From contig JAYTOU010000052.1 of the NCBI GenBank assembly GCA_043747615.1, forward strand, positions 1 to 64,000: a DNA stretch of 64,000 bases. The letters run 5' to 3'. This document shows, piece by piece, positions 1-8,668 of the stretch. Position numbers and translations under genes: made by a program. Position 1 is the stretch's first letter. Every line of letters starts with the position of its first letter. The notes under the pieces were generated by a model, which saw nothing but the letters and a program-made list of their open reading frames with translations, ran no database searches and had not been told where the DNA came from. The stretch is from Myxococcales bacterium. GTDB lineage: Bacteria > Myxococcota_A > Polyangia > Polyangiales > Polyangiaceae.

Positions 1-23
1 TTGACGATGTAGCGCTTTCTCAT
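1..23 (-). CDS. 5' end of a gene running off the window, probably the type IV pilus secretin PilQ (MRKRYIV...)
   Basis: ATG at 23-21 on the minus strand, 68 nt downstream of pilP. The identity is inferred only from the usual pilMNOPQ gene order. Confidence 0.3.
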
Positions 24-91
24 GCCCAAGCATGGAACATGTTCACGCGTCGATGGAAAGCGAAACCCGTCAGCTCAATGGAACCGAGGCA

Positions 92-694
92 CTAGTTGGT
101 GTTGCCCTTGTCTTTTTCCGCTTCGGGGTGAAGCGGGATCACGCGGGTCGCCGGGGCACTTCCACCGGCCGCCGGGTCTTCGCGAATGAGGACGACGTCG
201 CCATCGCGAACGCGGTCGACTCGCCAATTGAGCTGGTAGTCCGCGCCATTCGATCCACCGGTGTGGACGATGTCGGGGCGACCGAGAAAATCTCCGTGTT
301 TGACGACCCATCCCTTGTTCGTGGGATCTACGAGCATGGCCCGCGAATATTCGCCGCCGGTGACGATCGCCACGAGCTTCAATTCATCGAGCGAATATTG
401 GCTGAGCAGCACGGTGCGCTGGTTGATGACGGGCTTCCGACCTTGATCGACGAAGAGAGAGATGTACGAACGAAACGGATCGCGGTTGCGATCACTCTCG
501 ACGAAATCACTCTCGGTGTACTCGGGCGTCTTCGCCGCGAGGGCAGCGAGCCCCGCATCGACCACTGCCGCCGATTGTGCTCCACGTAGGGCCGGGGGCG
601 CTGGCGTCGAGGATTGACCCACCGGAGTCGCCGGCTTGTCGGCGCACCCGACGAGAAGCATCGAGGAAAAAACGAGGGGGATCGCGCGTTTCAT
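92..694 (-). CDS. pilP: Type IV pilus assembly lipoprotein PilP
   Basis: Lipobox MLLVGC, RDPF motif and 'LSQYSLDELKLVAIV...A.LVDP..KG.VV..G'; lies after pilO. Start set at MKRAIP (694). Confidence 0.88.
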   Translation of the reverse strand: MKRAIPLVFSSMLLVGCADKPATPVGQSSTPAPPALRGAQSAAVVDAGLAALAAKTPEYTESDFVESDRNRDPFRSYISLFVDQGRKPVINQRTVLLSQYSLDELKLVAIVTGGEYSRAMLVDPTNKGWVVKHGDFLGRPDIVHTGGSNGADYQLNWRVDRVRDGDVVLIREDPAAGGSAPATRVIPLHPEAEKDKGNTN

Positions 695-704
695 GTTGGC
701 CGCC

Positions 705-1301
705 TCATTTCGGGGGAGCAGCGGGCTTCGCGGCACGCGGGACGTGGAACGTGGTGGCGAGGCATTTCGCTTTGAGCCTCACTTCGTCCCCTTCGATCTT
801 GGGATCCGTGAGCTGGATGTTTTCGACGTTGATGATGCGATCGAGCTTGCCGACCTCGTGGACGAACTTGGCAATCTGCTGAAAACGCCCGGAGAGCTCG
901 AGGGACATAGGCACCTTGGAGAAGAAGGCTTCCGTCTTCTCGTCCATCGGCTGCCACCCCTTGAGATCGACGCCGCTCACGTTCGACACCGTCTGGATCG
1001 AAGACAGGAACGCGGCGACCTCGGTGTCGGCGGGCAGAGCTTTGTTGAGATCGCGCTGCCGCTGCTGACGAAGAGCGAGCTCGTCGCGATCCTTGAAATA
1101 GCCGGCTTGCGCTTGTTGCTGGCGGGCAAGCTCGGCGAGCAGCTCGTTGCCTTGCCGGGTGGCGGCGTCGATCTTGGCCGCGACCTCCGTGTAGAAGATC
1201 AACCAGTAGGCGGCCGCGGTGAGGGCGACCATGAACACCCCGAGCGCTAAGCGAATCGGCAGGGAGAGTTTGCCGAGAGAGCCTTGTGCGAGAGCGGCCA
1301 T
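705..1301 (-). CDS. pilO: Type IV pilus assembly protein PilO
   Basis: N-terminal TM, coiled coil, 'LP...EV..FLSSI' and 'G.FQQI.KF..EVGKLDRIINVENI'; operon order. Confidence 0.92.
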   Translation of the reverse strand: MAALAQGSLGKLSLPIRLALGVFMVALTAAAYWLIFYTEVAAKIDAATRQGNELLAELARQQQAQAGYFKDRDELALRQQRQRDLNKALPADTEVAAFLSSIQTVSNVSGVDLKGWQPMDEKTEAFFSKVPMSLELSGRFQQIAKFVHEVGKLDRIINVENIQLTDPKIEGDEVRLKAKCLATTFHVPRAAKPAAPPK

Positions 1302-1302
1302 G

Positions 1303-1950
1303 TCAGTACCTCGCCTTCGCGCTCAGCTCGAATCTGACGAGCTCGAGGTGGGTCACGCCATCGGTGATCTTCGTCGCAGGCAGGAGCTTCACGTCATAGA
1401 AGTAGTCGCTCAGCGTGAGGCGGCGCAAAAATTCGGACACGTCTTCACCATCGCGAGCGAGCCCAGAGAGACGCACCAAGCGCTCGCCCTCGCTGTAGGA
1501 AGTGAGCCAGAGGCGGCGCACGTCCCAGTTCGGATTGGGAACCGCCCCGGGGTTGTCGCGTTTGAGCTGCTCGAGCTTGTCCCTGTCGGTCGTCGGCCCG
1601 CGGCCTGGCGAGAGCATCTTCGAGACTTCCAGGAGGACGGAGGTCGGGCCGGTACGTGCAGCCTGCAGCTTGAAAATCGCTTCTTCGCGATCGCGGAGCT
1701 CCTTCAGCTGGGCCTTGATCTCGCCGTGGTTGGCGATCTGACGCTTGATGTCGTTGATGTTGGCGTCGACCTTCTGATTGTTCTGGGTGATCTTGAGGAG
1801 CGCGTCTTGTTTCGAACTGTGGAAAAAGGCGAGCGCGACTATCTCGAGAACGAGGGCGCCGAGGATCGCGAGCATCCACAGCTGGCTCCCTTCGGCGGAG
1901 CTTTTCCGCGCCGCTTCACGCTTCTGCGGAAGAAGGTTTACTCGAATCAC
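1303..1950 (-). CDS. pilN: Type IV pilus assembly protein PilN
   Basis: N-terminal 'IRVNLLP' PilM-binding motif, TM and coiled coil. GTG start with GGAGG 5 nt upstream. Confidence 0.94.
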   Translation of the reverse strand: MIRVNLLPQKREAARKSSAEGSQLWMLAILGALVLEIVALAFFHSSKQDALLKITQNNQKVDANINDIKRQIANHGEIKAQLKELRDREEAIFKLQAARTGPTSVLLEVSKMLSPGRGPTTDRDKLEQLKRDNPGAVPNPNWDVRRLWLTSYSEGERLVRLSGLARDGEDVSEFLRRLTLSDYFYDVKLLPATKITDGVTHLELVRFELSAKARY

Positions 1951-2051
1951 TTCGGCCTCCGGACTTCGTTGGAGACCTTCTGCACTGTGTCTCGATTATC
2001 AAGCCGGTTAGGGACCTTCTGCACTGTGTCTCGATTATCAAGGCGGTTCAT
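1947..2051 (-). CDS. Putative 34-aa mini-ORF MNRLDNRDTVQKVPNRLDNRDTVQKVSNEVRRPK between pilM and pilN (not in the ORF track)
   Basis: Its ATG overlaps the pilM TGA (ATGA, 2051-2048), with AAGGAG 8 nt upstream. Its TGA overlaps the pilN GTG (GTGA, 1950-1947). Confidence 0.55.
   Translation of the reverse strand: MNRLDNRDTVQKVPNRLDNRDTVQKVSNEVRRPK
1974..2048. repeat. Tandem duplication with 39-bp period (two 36-bp copies, 1 mismatch)
   Basis: gaccttctgcactgtgtctcgattatcaag(c/g)cggtt at 1974-2009 and 2013-2048. Confidence 0.97.
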
Positions 2052-3103
2052 GCCCGTCGCTCCTTGTCGCAGCGGAGGCTGAGGCCGATGGCCACGACCA
2101 TCTGTGCGGCGCGGGCACGCAGGTCGGCTTCGTTGATGCCCTTACCCTCCACGGTCAGGTTCGTCATCGGGTCGAACACCGTCACCGGGACGCGCGCGCG
2201 CTTCTCGACGGCCATGGCCAGAGGCGCGAGGTACGCGCTTCCTCCGCACATGTAGATCCGTCCGATCTCCGTTTCACCGCTGGTGGCGAGATAGAAGTCC
2301 AACGAGCGCTGGATCTCTCCGGCGAGCGCGTCACACGCTTGGGCAATCGCGCCGTGCACTTGCTGGGGAACGGCGTGCGGCTGCACCGAGGTCGTTTTGT
2401 AGGCCTCGGCCTCGTCGAATGAGACGGAGAGCTGCTTCTGGATCTCTTCGGTCACCGCGTTTCCGGCGTTCGTGATTTCGCGCGTGAACGCCGAGACCCC
2501 GCGGGAAATGATGTTCAAGCTGGAGATGGCTGCGCCCACGTTCAGGAGCGCGATGGCTCCTTCCTGCGGAAGGCCGGCGGTGTGCTCGAAGATGTTCTGG
2601 ATGGTGAAAGCGTTGATGTCGACCACGACCGGTTTCAACTTCGCCTCTCGTACGATCGTCGCGTAGTCGTTGATCTCATCCTTCTTCGCGGCAACGAGGA
2701 GGAGATCCATCTGCCCGGCCTCGGGACGGCGGCGCAGGACCTCGTAGTCGATGGACATGACCTTGATGTCGAAGGGAATGTGCTGCTCCGCTTCCCAGCT
2801 GATCTGCTCTTCGAGCTCTTCGGCGGTCATCATGGGTACGGTGATTTTGCGCACGATCACCGATTGGCCGTACACGCCGATCGCCACCTCTCGCTGCGTG
2901 ATCTTGTTGTCGTGAAACACGCGCTGCAACGTCTCGGTCACCACGCCGGCGCTCATTACGTGCCCATCGACGATCGTCTGAGGGGGGAGCGGTGCATATC
3001 CGTATTTGACTACGGAAAAGCGCTTTCGTGACTCTTTGAGCTGCACGACTTTGATCGCGCTTGCTCCGATGTCGACGCCGACGAGGTTCTTACCTTCGGC
3101 CAT
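2048..3103 (-). CDS. pilM: Type IV pilus assembly protein PilM (actin-like/FtsA fold)
   Basis: 'VGVDIGASAIKVVQL', 'WEAEQHIPF', 'LLVAAKK', 'EIQRSLDFY' and 'VAIGLSLR'; SD AAGGAG. Confidence 0.96.
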   Translation of the reverse strand: MAEGKNLVGVDIGASAIKVVQLKESRKRFSVVKYGYAPLPPQTIVDGHVMSAGVVTETLQRVFHDNKITQREVAIGVYGQSVIVRKITVPMMTAEELEEQISWEAEQHIPFDIKVMSIDYEVLRRRPEAGQMDLLLVAAKKDEINDYATIVREAKLKPVVVDINAFTIQNIFEHTAGLPQEGAIALLNVGAAISSLNIISRGVSAFTREITNAGNAVTEEIQKQLSVSFDEAEAYKTTSVQPHAVPQQVHGAIAQACDALAGEIQRSLDFYLATSGETEIGRIYMCGGSAYLAPLAMAVEKRARVPVTVFDPMTNLTVEGKGINEADLRARAAQMVVAIGLSLRCDKERRA

Positions 3104-3146
3104 GTTTGTCGCTCCTTATCGCGTTGCGAACGTCTTATGCCCGGTT

Positions 3147-3191
3147 AGTGTGGCACCCGCGTTCGTCTGCCGTCAAAAACGGTGCAAAAAA
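3147..3191 (-). promoter_or_regulatory. Candidate sigma70-type promoter for pilMNOP with upstream A/T tracts
   Basis: Minus strand TTGACG (3176-3171), 18-nt spacer, CACACT. A-tracts at 3175-3179 and 3186-3191. Confidence 0.35.
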
Positions 3192-3194
3192 CGA

Positions 3195-3236
3195 GATTCA
3201 AGAGCAATCGCATAGGATTCACGAGCAATCGCATAG
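3195..3236. repeat. 21-bp tandem direct repeat in the divergent pilM / LysM-peptidase intergenic region
   Basis: gattcaagagcaatcgcatag (3195-3215) followed by gattcacgagcaatcgcatag (3216-3236); 1 mismatch. Confidence 0.95.
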
Positions 3237-3288
3237 GCTGGGTCATCGAACGCCGCACTTTCTCCCTGACTCCAAACGGGTTTGCGGT

Positions 3289-4245
3289 ATGAGAACGCCC
3301 ATGTCGGCCCGTGTGCGTACGATGATCTGGCTCCTGCCCGCGCTCTTCGCGCCCTCAGCCGCGCGCGCGGATGCCACCCACGTGATCGCCCGAGGTCACA
3401 CGCTCGAGGCCATCGCTCACCGCTACCACGTGCCCGCGAAGTCGATCGTGGATGCCAACCACATCAAGGATCCAAACCATCTGAAGGTCGGCGACACCCT
3501 GACCATTCCAGGCGTCGACGCTCCTAAAGCGGGATCGCCGTCAAAGCCTGGGCAGCCGGGAGCAAAGCCGGCCGCACCGCTCACCTACGCTCTTCGGGCA
3601 AAGACGCCGGGCGTCATCCACGCCTTACGCCTCGCGACGAGCGAGGATTTCACGGCGCGGGTGAGCGATCGCCGCGGGCGCCTTTCGCCGACGGCCGTGA
3701 AGACGTTCGAGAAGATACTCAGCTACCCCGGGAATCAGACGCACCCGATCGACCCGCGCCTCATCGCCCTCGTGGGGATCGTCTCCAACCATTTCGGAAG
3801 CCGGAAGCTCGAAGTCATCAGCGGCTACCGCCCGTACTCGCCCACGCAGCACACCGCGCATTCGAACCACAACGTCGGCAAGGCCATGGATTTCCGGGTG
3901 GTAGGGGTGCCCAACGAAGTCTTGCGCGACTACTGCCGCACGCTCCACAACGTCGGCGTAGGGTACTACCCGAACAGCACGTTCGTGCACCTCGACGCGC
4001 GCAGCTCGCCGGTCTTCTGGATCGACTACTCGAAGCCGGGCGAGCCCCCGCGCTACAACTCGCCGAACGTCGACGCGGACGAAGGAACGAGCGACGTGGG
4101 AGAAGAGATCCACGCGCCTTCCGAGCCGGCGACCGATACCCCGCCCATCCCGATTCCCCTTCCTTCGGCCCTCCCCGCGCAGCTTCCGACGCAAGTTCCC
4201 GCGCCAGCCGCACCTGGGTCAAATCCGACCGCGCCAGCCCCCTGA
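3289..4245 (+). CDS. LysM + YcbK/DUF882 (peptidase M15A, MepK-like) peptidoglycan hydrolase
   Basis: Signal peptide ending ARA-D; LysM 'HVIARGHTLEAIAHRY...LKVGDTLTIP'; 'SGYR...SNH..GKAMDF' and 'GVGYYP..FVHLD' Zn motifs. Start may be 3289 or 3301. Confidence 0.85.
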   Translation: MRTPMSARVRTMIWLLPALFAPSAARADATHVIARGHTLEAIAHRYHVPAKSIVDANHIKDPNHLKVGDTLTIPGVDAPKAGSPSKPGQPGAKPAAPLTYALRAKTPGVIHALRLATSEDFTARVSDRRGRLSPTAVKTFEKILSYPGNQTHPIDPRLIALVGIVSNHFGSRKLEVISGYRPYSPTQHTAHSNHNVGKAMDFRVVGVPNEVLRDYCRTLHNVGVGYYPNSTFVHLDARSSPVFWIDYSKPGEPPRYNSPNVDADEGTSDVGEEIHAPSEPATDTPPIPIPLPSALPAQLPTQVPAPAAPGSNPTAPAP

Positions 4246-4324
4246 AGTCAGGTTTGACTGGGTCGATTTTGACTGACGCGTTCCCCTACACGAAGTTCTA
4301 AGGGTGAGAACGCCAATTTCGTCA

Positions 4325-4340
4325 TGGCACGTTCGACGCA
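4325..4340 (+). promoter_or_regulatory. Sigma54-like -24/-12 promoter upstream of the FliA-like sigma gene
   Basis: TGGCACG-TTCG-ACGCA keeps the GG-N10-GC spacing. An inverted repeat CGACGCA-ttg-TGCGTCG (4334-4350) overlaps the -12 element. Confidence 0.5.
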
Positions 4341-4352
4341 TTGTGCGTCGTC

Positions 4353-4985
4353 ATGAAGCCCACCGTCACCGCCAAGATCGCCGCGCCGACCGCACCTAGC
4401 GCCGCAGAAATTCTTTCGTACATGCCGCTCGTTCATCAAGTGGTCTCGCGCTTCATGGGGAACGTGCCGCCGAACGTTCTGCGCGACGATATCCTCGCCG
4501 CGGGCACCTTCGGCCTGATCGATTCGCTCCGGAAGAACGGCCCCGAGCGCGGACCGGCATTCGAGTGGTACGCGCGCATCCGGATCCGCGGTGCGATCTT
4601 CGACGAGCTCCGCACCCAAGACTGGCTCTCGCGCCGGGCGCGAAGCAAGGTGACGCAGGCTGCAGCCGAGCGCGGTACCACGGCGCGTGCGGTGGTGATC
4701 GGCTTCGACGACCTTCCGACCTCGAGTCAGGCTCACTTTGCCGATCACAACACCGCCGATCCCCTCGCGCAGGTCGTGGAAGGCTACGATCGCCGGATCC
4801 TTGCCGAGGCCGTCGCCACCCTCCCCGAGCGCGAGCGAAAGATCGTCGCCATGCATTATTTCCAGGGAGTGCAGTTCAAAGACATCGCCGCCGAGCTGGG
4901 CGTGAGCGAGCCCCGCATCTCGCAGCTTCACTCGCGGGCCGTCGGCCTCCTCCGCGCGGCGCTTACCCGTAGCGAAGCCGCCTGA
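4353..4985 (+). CDS. FliA/WhiG (sigma28)-like RNA polymerase sigma factor, short form
   Basis: Region 2 'FEWYARIRIRGAIFDELR.QDWLSR' and region 4 'LPERER...KDIAAELGVSEPRISQLHSRA'. Confidence 0.85.
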   Translation: MKPTVTAKIAAPTAPSAAEILSYMPLVHQVVSRFMGNVPPNVLRDDILAAGTFGLIDSLRKNGPERGPAFEWYARIRIRGAIFDELRTQDWLSRRARSKVTQAAAERGTTARAVVIGFDDLPTSSQAHFADHNTADPLAQVVEGYDRRILAEAVATLPERERKIVAMHYFQGVQFKDIAAELGVSEPRISQLHSRAVGLLRAALTRSEAA

Positions 4986-4998
4986 ACTACGAGCTGAG

Positions 4999-7611
4999 CT
5001 ACGGCGCCGACGTGCTCACTGCGGTCTGCGCGTCGAAGCGAAACGAGCGCGGTCGAAGCGGTGTGCCGAGGCCGTAGAGAATCGATTCTTCGTAGCGGGC
5101 GCGTGGAGGAGAGACGCTTCCCGCGCGATCGAAGAGCGGTGACGGATGCGAACCGCGATCGAGGAGAACGGCACGTGTGCAACCTGCACGTTTCAGGGCA
5201 TCTGCGAGAGGTGCGTCGGTCGCGAAGGTGCCACGGGCGATCACCACCCTGCCCCGCTCCGTGATTCCTAGAGCCGAGCGAGCTTCGTGCGGACCCCGAA
5301 TGTTTGCGAGTGGAGCGACGTCTCCTCCATCGAGAATCAGCGGCAATTCAGCCAGATCCGTGTTTGGAGCCATGGGCGACACCTCGGCGGACTTGAGGAT
5401 CGCGAGCGACCCGTCGGCGCCCACGACGATCGCCGCTTCATCGGCACCTGCGCGCAGCGGCATGACCATGCGGCCTGCGGTACCAAGGCCGCGGGGATGT
5501 TTCTCCATTCCGATCCCGAGCCCCAACGCGAAGAGCACACGCTCGGCATCCGCCGAAGCAAGCTCGGTGGTCGGTAGCGATCCGGTCTTCGCATCCGGCT
5601 CCTTGGTGCCTGCTCGAATGCGGTACGACGCGCGCCCAGACTCGATGTCGACGAGCTCGACGGGGCCATCGCGCCCGGCGAGCTTCGAGCTCCATATTCC
5701 CGCCATCCAGCTCGGCGCGGGCTGCGTCCCTCCATCGGGTTGCCAGCCGCCGGCGTCGGCGAGCGCGGGCGGCGTGGGGTCGCGCTGCAGGACGTAGAAG
5801 AAATCTTTTGGCGCATACTCGATGAAGCGATCGGTAGAGATCTGCATCAACGGAGTCAGCGTTTCCGCCCTGTATTTATGGCCTTTCAGCTCCTCGATGG
5901 CGCTGAAGATGAAACCCGTGTGATGCGGGTTCATGTCGAGGTGCATGCCGTACGAGCACCCGGCCATGAGCATCGCTTTGCCGAGCACCGTCGCGCTGAC
6001 GTCGTCCCCCCACGCGTAGATGACGTGGCCGGACGCGGTGGTGCACATCCCCGAGCGCTCGGTCTGCATTCCGTTTCCGGGGAGGGTGTAGCCCCACAGC
6101 GCGCGCTTGGTCGGATTCACCTGGCCGAGGTCCACGAGCGGATCGAGGTTCTGTCGGAACGAAACGATGTCGCTGTCGGGGATGTCGCGAATCCCAGTCA
6201 CCTCGTGGCTGTTTCCCCACGACCCAAAGCCCACGCGTCCATCGGCGAAGAGGACGACGCTGGCGGCTCCCGGCTGGGGCGGCAGAAGCACGCGCTTGTG
6301 AACCATCATCCCGTAGTTGCCGTGCTCCGTCTTGAAGGCGCCGTTGAACTCGGCGACCACCCGCGTCGCGATCGCAGGATCCCGTGGAATTCGGCCCGGC
6401 CCGTGATTTCCGGTGAGCGGCTTCGGGTCCTCGGTGCCAGCTTCCATTTCGAGGTCGAGCTGACGCATGTCCATGGCTACCAAGATCACTTGCACGTACG
6501 GGCGTTCTTGATCGGGACGCACGAAGGTGCGGACGAACATCGGCGGCGCTCCGGGAGCGCTCTTCTTCATCCAGGAGAGCTTCGGCGCTTGCCACTGACC
6601 TTCGCCGGGCTCGGGCGTTTTCCAGATCGAGGGCATGCTCGCCGGAGGCCACGACGCGTCGTCCCCGCCGAGCTTCGACCCATCGAGGATCGTCGCCGGT
6701 GGGGGTTTGAGTTCGGAAGCGTCAGCAAGAGTCTCGGTGGCGTCGGCTCCGTGAAGCTTGAAAGCAAGCTGTTTTGCCGCATCGCGAAGGGCAAAGACCC
6801 GTTCCTCGAGCCAGGCGATGGGAGCCGGACCGATCCACGAAACGGCGCGCACGGTGTCGACCGCCCACAAGATGAACGGCTTTGGAAGGTGACGCGCAGC
6901 CTCGGCATGCATCCCCGCGATCGCTGGCACGAGCTCACCGCGCGCAGGATCGAACGTCGCGTGCTTCACGCCATTGTCGAACGCGAGATCGATCGCCAGC
7001 GAATGATCTTCGGCCAAGGTGAGGCCGAGGCGCTTGGCCGGTTGATCGAGGGTCACGTCGACGCGGCGGATGCCCGCGCCACTTCCCGTCTGCTGCGCGT
7101 TGGTGAGGTACGAAAGCGCAGAGTCCCGTAAATTCAAAGCCGCTCTGGCCTCTCCCGCCAGATCGAGAATGCTCACGCTCTGCTCTTGTCCGTACGCAAA
7201 TGTTCCGAACGCCGCCTCCGTGTCACGCAGAACGAGCGCGTGATCATCGCCGAGCGGCGTCGACGTCAGGTTGTGCGCCTCGCCTACGTCAATCGGGCGC
7301 CCTTCCGGCGTGAGACGCACGCGCGCGCGGTACACATCGCGTGGCGACTTGGCCGCATCACTCCCCAAGAAGAGGGCCCAGCGGCCGATGGTATAGTCCG
7401 CGAACGAGCCTCCCGAAGGCTCCCAGCGCACGTCCTCCGGAGAGACATTTCCTCCGTGATGAACACGCTCTCCCAGGGCGAGAGCGAGGGCACCAATCTC
7501 TTTTTCAGGCGGCGCTTTTCGCAACGCGGCGGCACCTAGCGCGACCGCACCGCACGCCACCGCGATACGGAGACGAAGGTATCGATCGAAAAGTGCGGAG
7601 GGCGAAGACAC
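4999..7611 (-). CDS. Large membrane-anchored protein with two phosphodiester glycosidase (NAGPA/DUF2233)-like domains
   Basis: First copy: 'FNGAF', 'ERSGMC', 'AGCSYGMHLDMN'. Second copy: 'ARSALGIT..GRVV', 'AGCTRAVLLDRGS'. N-terminal hydrophobic segment. Confidence 0.6.
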   Translation of the reverse strand: MSSPSALFDRYLRLRIAVACGAVALGAAALRKAPPEKEIGALALALGERVHHGGNVSPEDVRWEPSGGSFADYTIGRWALFLGSDAAKSPRDVYRARVRLTPEGRPIDVGEAHNLTSTPLGDDHALVLRDTEAAFGTFAYGQEQSVSILDLAGEARAALNLRDSALSYLTNAQQTGSGAGIRRVDVTLDQPAKRLGLTLAEDHSLAIDLAFDNGVKHATFDPARGELVPAIAGMHAEAARHLPKPFILWAVDTVRAVSWIGPAPIAWLEERVFALRDAAKQLAFKLHGADATETLADASELKPPPATILDGSKLGGDDASWPPASMPSIWKTPEPGEGQWQAPKLSWMKKSAPGAPPMFVRTFVRPDQERPYVQVILVAMDMRQLDLEMEAGTEDPKPLTGNHGPGRIPRDPAIATRVVAEFNGAFKTEHGNYGMMVHKRVLLPPQPGAASVVLFADGRVGFGSWGNSHEVTGIRDIPDSDIVSFRQNLDPLVDLGQVNPTKRALWGYTLPGNGMQTERSGMCTTASGHVIYAWGDDVSATVLGKAMLMAGCSYGMHLDMNPHHTGFIFSAIEELKGHKYRAETLTPLMQISTDRFIEYAPKDFFYVLQRDPTPPALADAGGWQPDGGTQPAPSWMAGIWSSKLAGRDGPVELVDIESGRASYRIRAGTKEPDAKTGSLPTTELASADAERVLFALGLGIGMEKHPRGLGTAGRMVMPLRAGADEAAIVVGADGSLAILKSAEVSPMAPNTDLAELPLILDGGDVAPLANIRGPHEARSALGITERGRVVIARGTFATDAPLADALKRAGCTRAVLLDRGSHPSPLFDRAGSVSPPRARYEESILYGLGTPLRPRSFRFDAQTAVSTSAP

Positions 7612-7679
7612 TGCGTTTGCGGCCTACAAAGGAGCTTTGTCGGTAACTGCTCGACCTCCGCAGGTCAAGTTTGAGCCCT

Positions 7680-8609
7680 TCAGTCGAGCAGGCGCGCGAG
7701 CTCCGCGGGAAGCTCGCACGTGACGTCGAACGCATCGACGCCCGGACCGCCCGCAAACGCGACGCGTGACGCGTGGAGCGCATGACGACCGAGCCCTTCG
7801 ACGGCCTCGCCGCCGTAGAGAATGTCCCCGACGAGCGGATGATCGATAGCTGCAAAGTGCACACGGATCTGATGCCGCAGGGCGCGGGAGACCTTCACCT
7901 CGACGAGCGCGCGCTTTCCTGACCGCCGGACCACGTCGTACGAGGTCGACGCCGGACGCGGCGAGTTGCGCATCACGTCGCGCGGGTGGATGCACGCGTA
8001 GACGCGCTTTTGATCCTTCGGGTGATTGGCGATCGGAAAGTCGATTTGTCCCGTGTCAGGAAGCCCGTCTTCGGAGCAAATGAGGAGGTACCGCTTTTCG
8101 ATCCGTTCCTCTTTCAGCGCCCCGAGGAGCGTCTCCGCCGCCTCGGCGCTTCGAGCAGCAATCACCAGTCCCGAGGTGTCCGTATCCAGTCGGTGGACGA
8201 GACCAGGCTCACGCGGCGAGTAACCAACGCCCTGCATCTCCGGGTAGCGAGCGACCAGCGCGTTCGCGAGCGTGTCGGTTTCGGAGGGGCGAAGCGGAGC
8301 CGTGGGCTGCCCGGCAGGCTTGTCGACCACCACCACTCCTTTTCCTTCGAAGCAGACGACGAGCGGCAGATCGGGCGAGGGAATGGCCGGCGCGTTGGAA
8401 TCTGCGATGTCACCGGTGTCGATGGCAATCACGTCTCCCGTGGAAACGAGCGCCCCTTTGTCTCGGTGTCGACCGTTGACCCGAACCGCGCCCGCATCGA
8501 TGGCCTTCTTCAACCGCGCCCGCGACAGCCCCTCGCCCAGCTGGGCTGCGGCGCGATCGAGCCTCGTTCCATCGAGATTTTCAGGCACTTTGTATTCTTT
8601 GGTCGTCAC
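7680..8609 (-). CDS. RluA/RluD-family pseudouridine synthase with S4 domain
   Basis: S4 'RLD..A...LSRARL..AI..GAVRVNG', 'VDKPAG', catalytic 'VHRLDTDTSG' and 'RHQIRVH'. Confidence 0.93.
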   Translation of the reverse strand: MTTKEYKVPENLDGTRLDRAAAQLGEGLSRARLKKAIDAGAVRVNGRHRDKGALVSTGDVIAIDTGDIADSNAPAIPSPDLPLVVCFEGKGVVVVDKPAGQPTAPLRPSETDTLANALVARYPEMQGVGYSPREPGLVHRLDTDTSGLVIAARSAEAAETLLGALKEERIEKRYLLICSEDGLPDTGQIDFPIANHPKDQKRVYACIHPRDVMRNSPRPASTSYDVVRRSGKRALVEVKVSRALRHQIRVHFAAIDHPLVGDILYGGEAVEGLGRHALHASRVAFAGGPGVDAFDVTCELPAELARLLD

Positions 8610-8668
8610 GGGCGCAAGCTACCACGGCGACGTCGCGCAGGAGCGATTGGTGTGGTAGCCCCTCTGCC

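Noticed and set aside
1974..2048. 36-bp repeats as a possible CRISPR mini-array
   Set aside because: Only two copies separated by 3 nt, with no spacer and no cas genes; this is a tandem duplication.
3151..3166. TGGCAC as a sigma54 promoter for the LysM gene
   Set aside because: No GC at the required GG-N10-GC spacing (the site reads CG).
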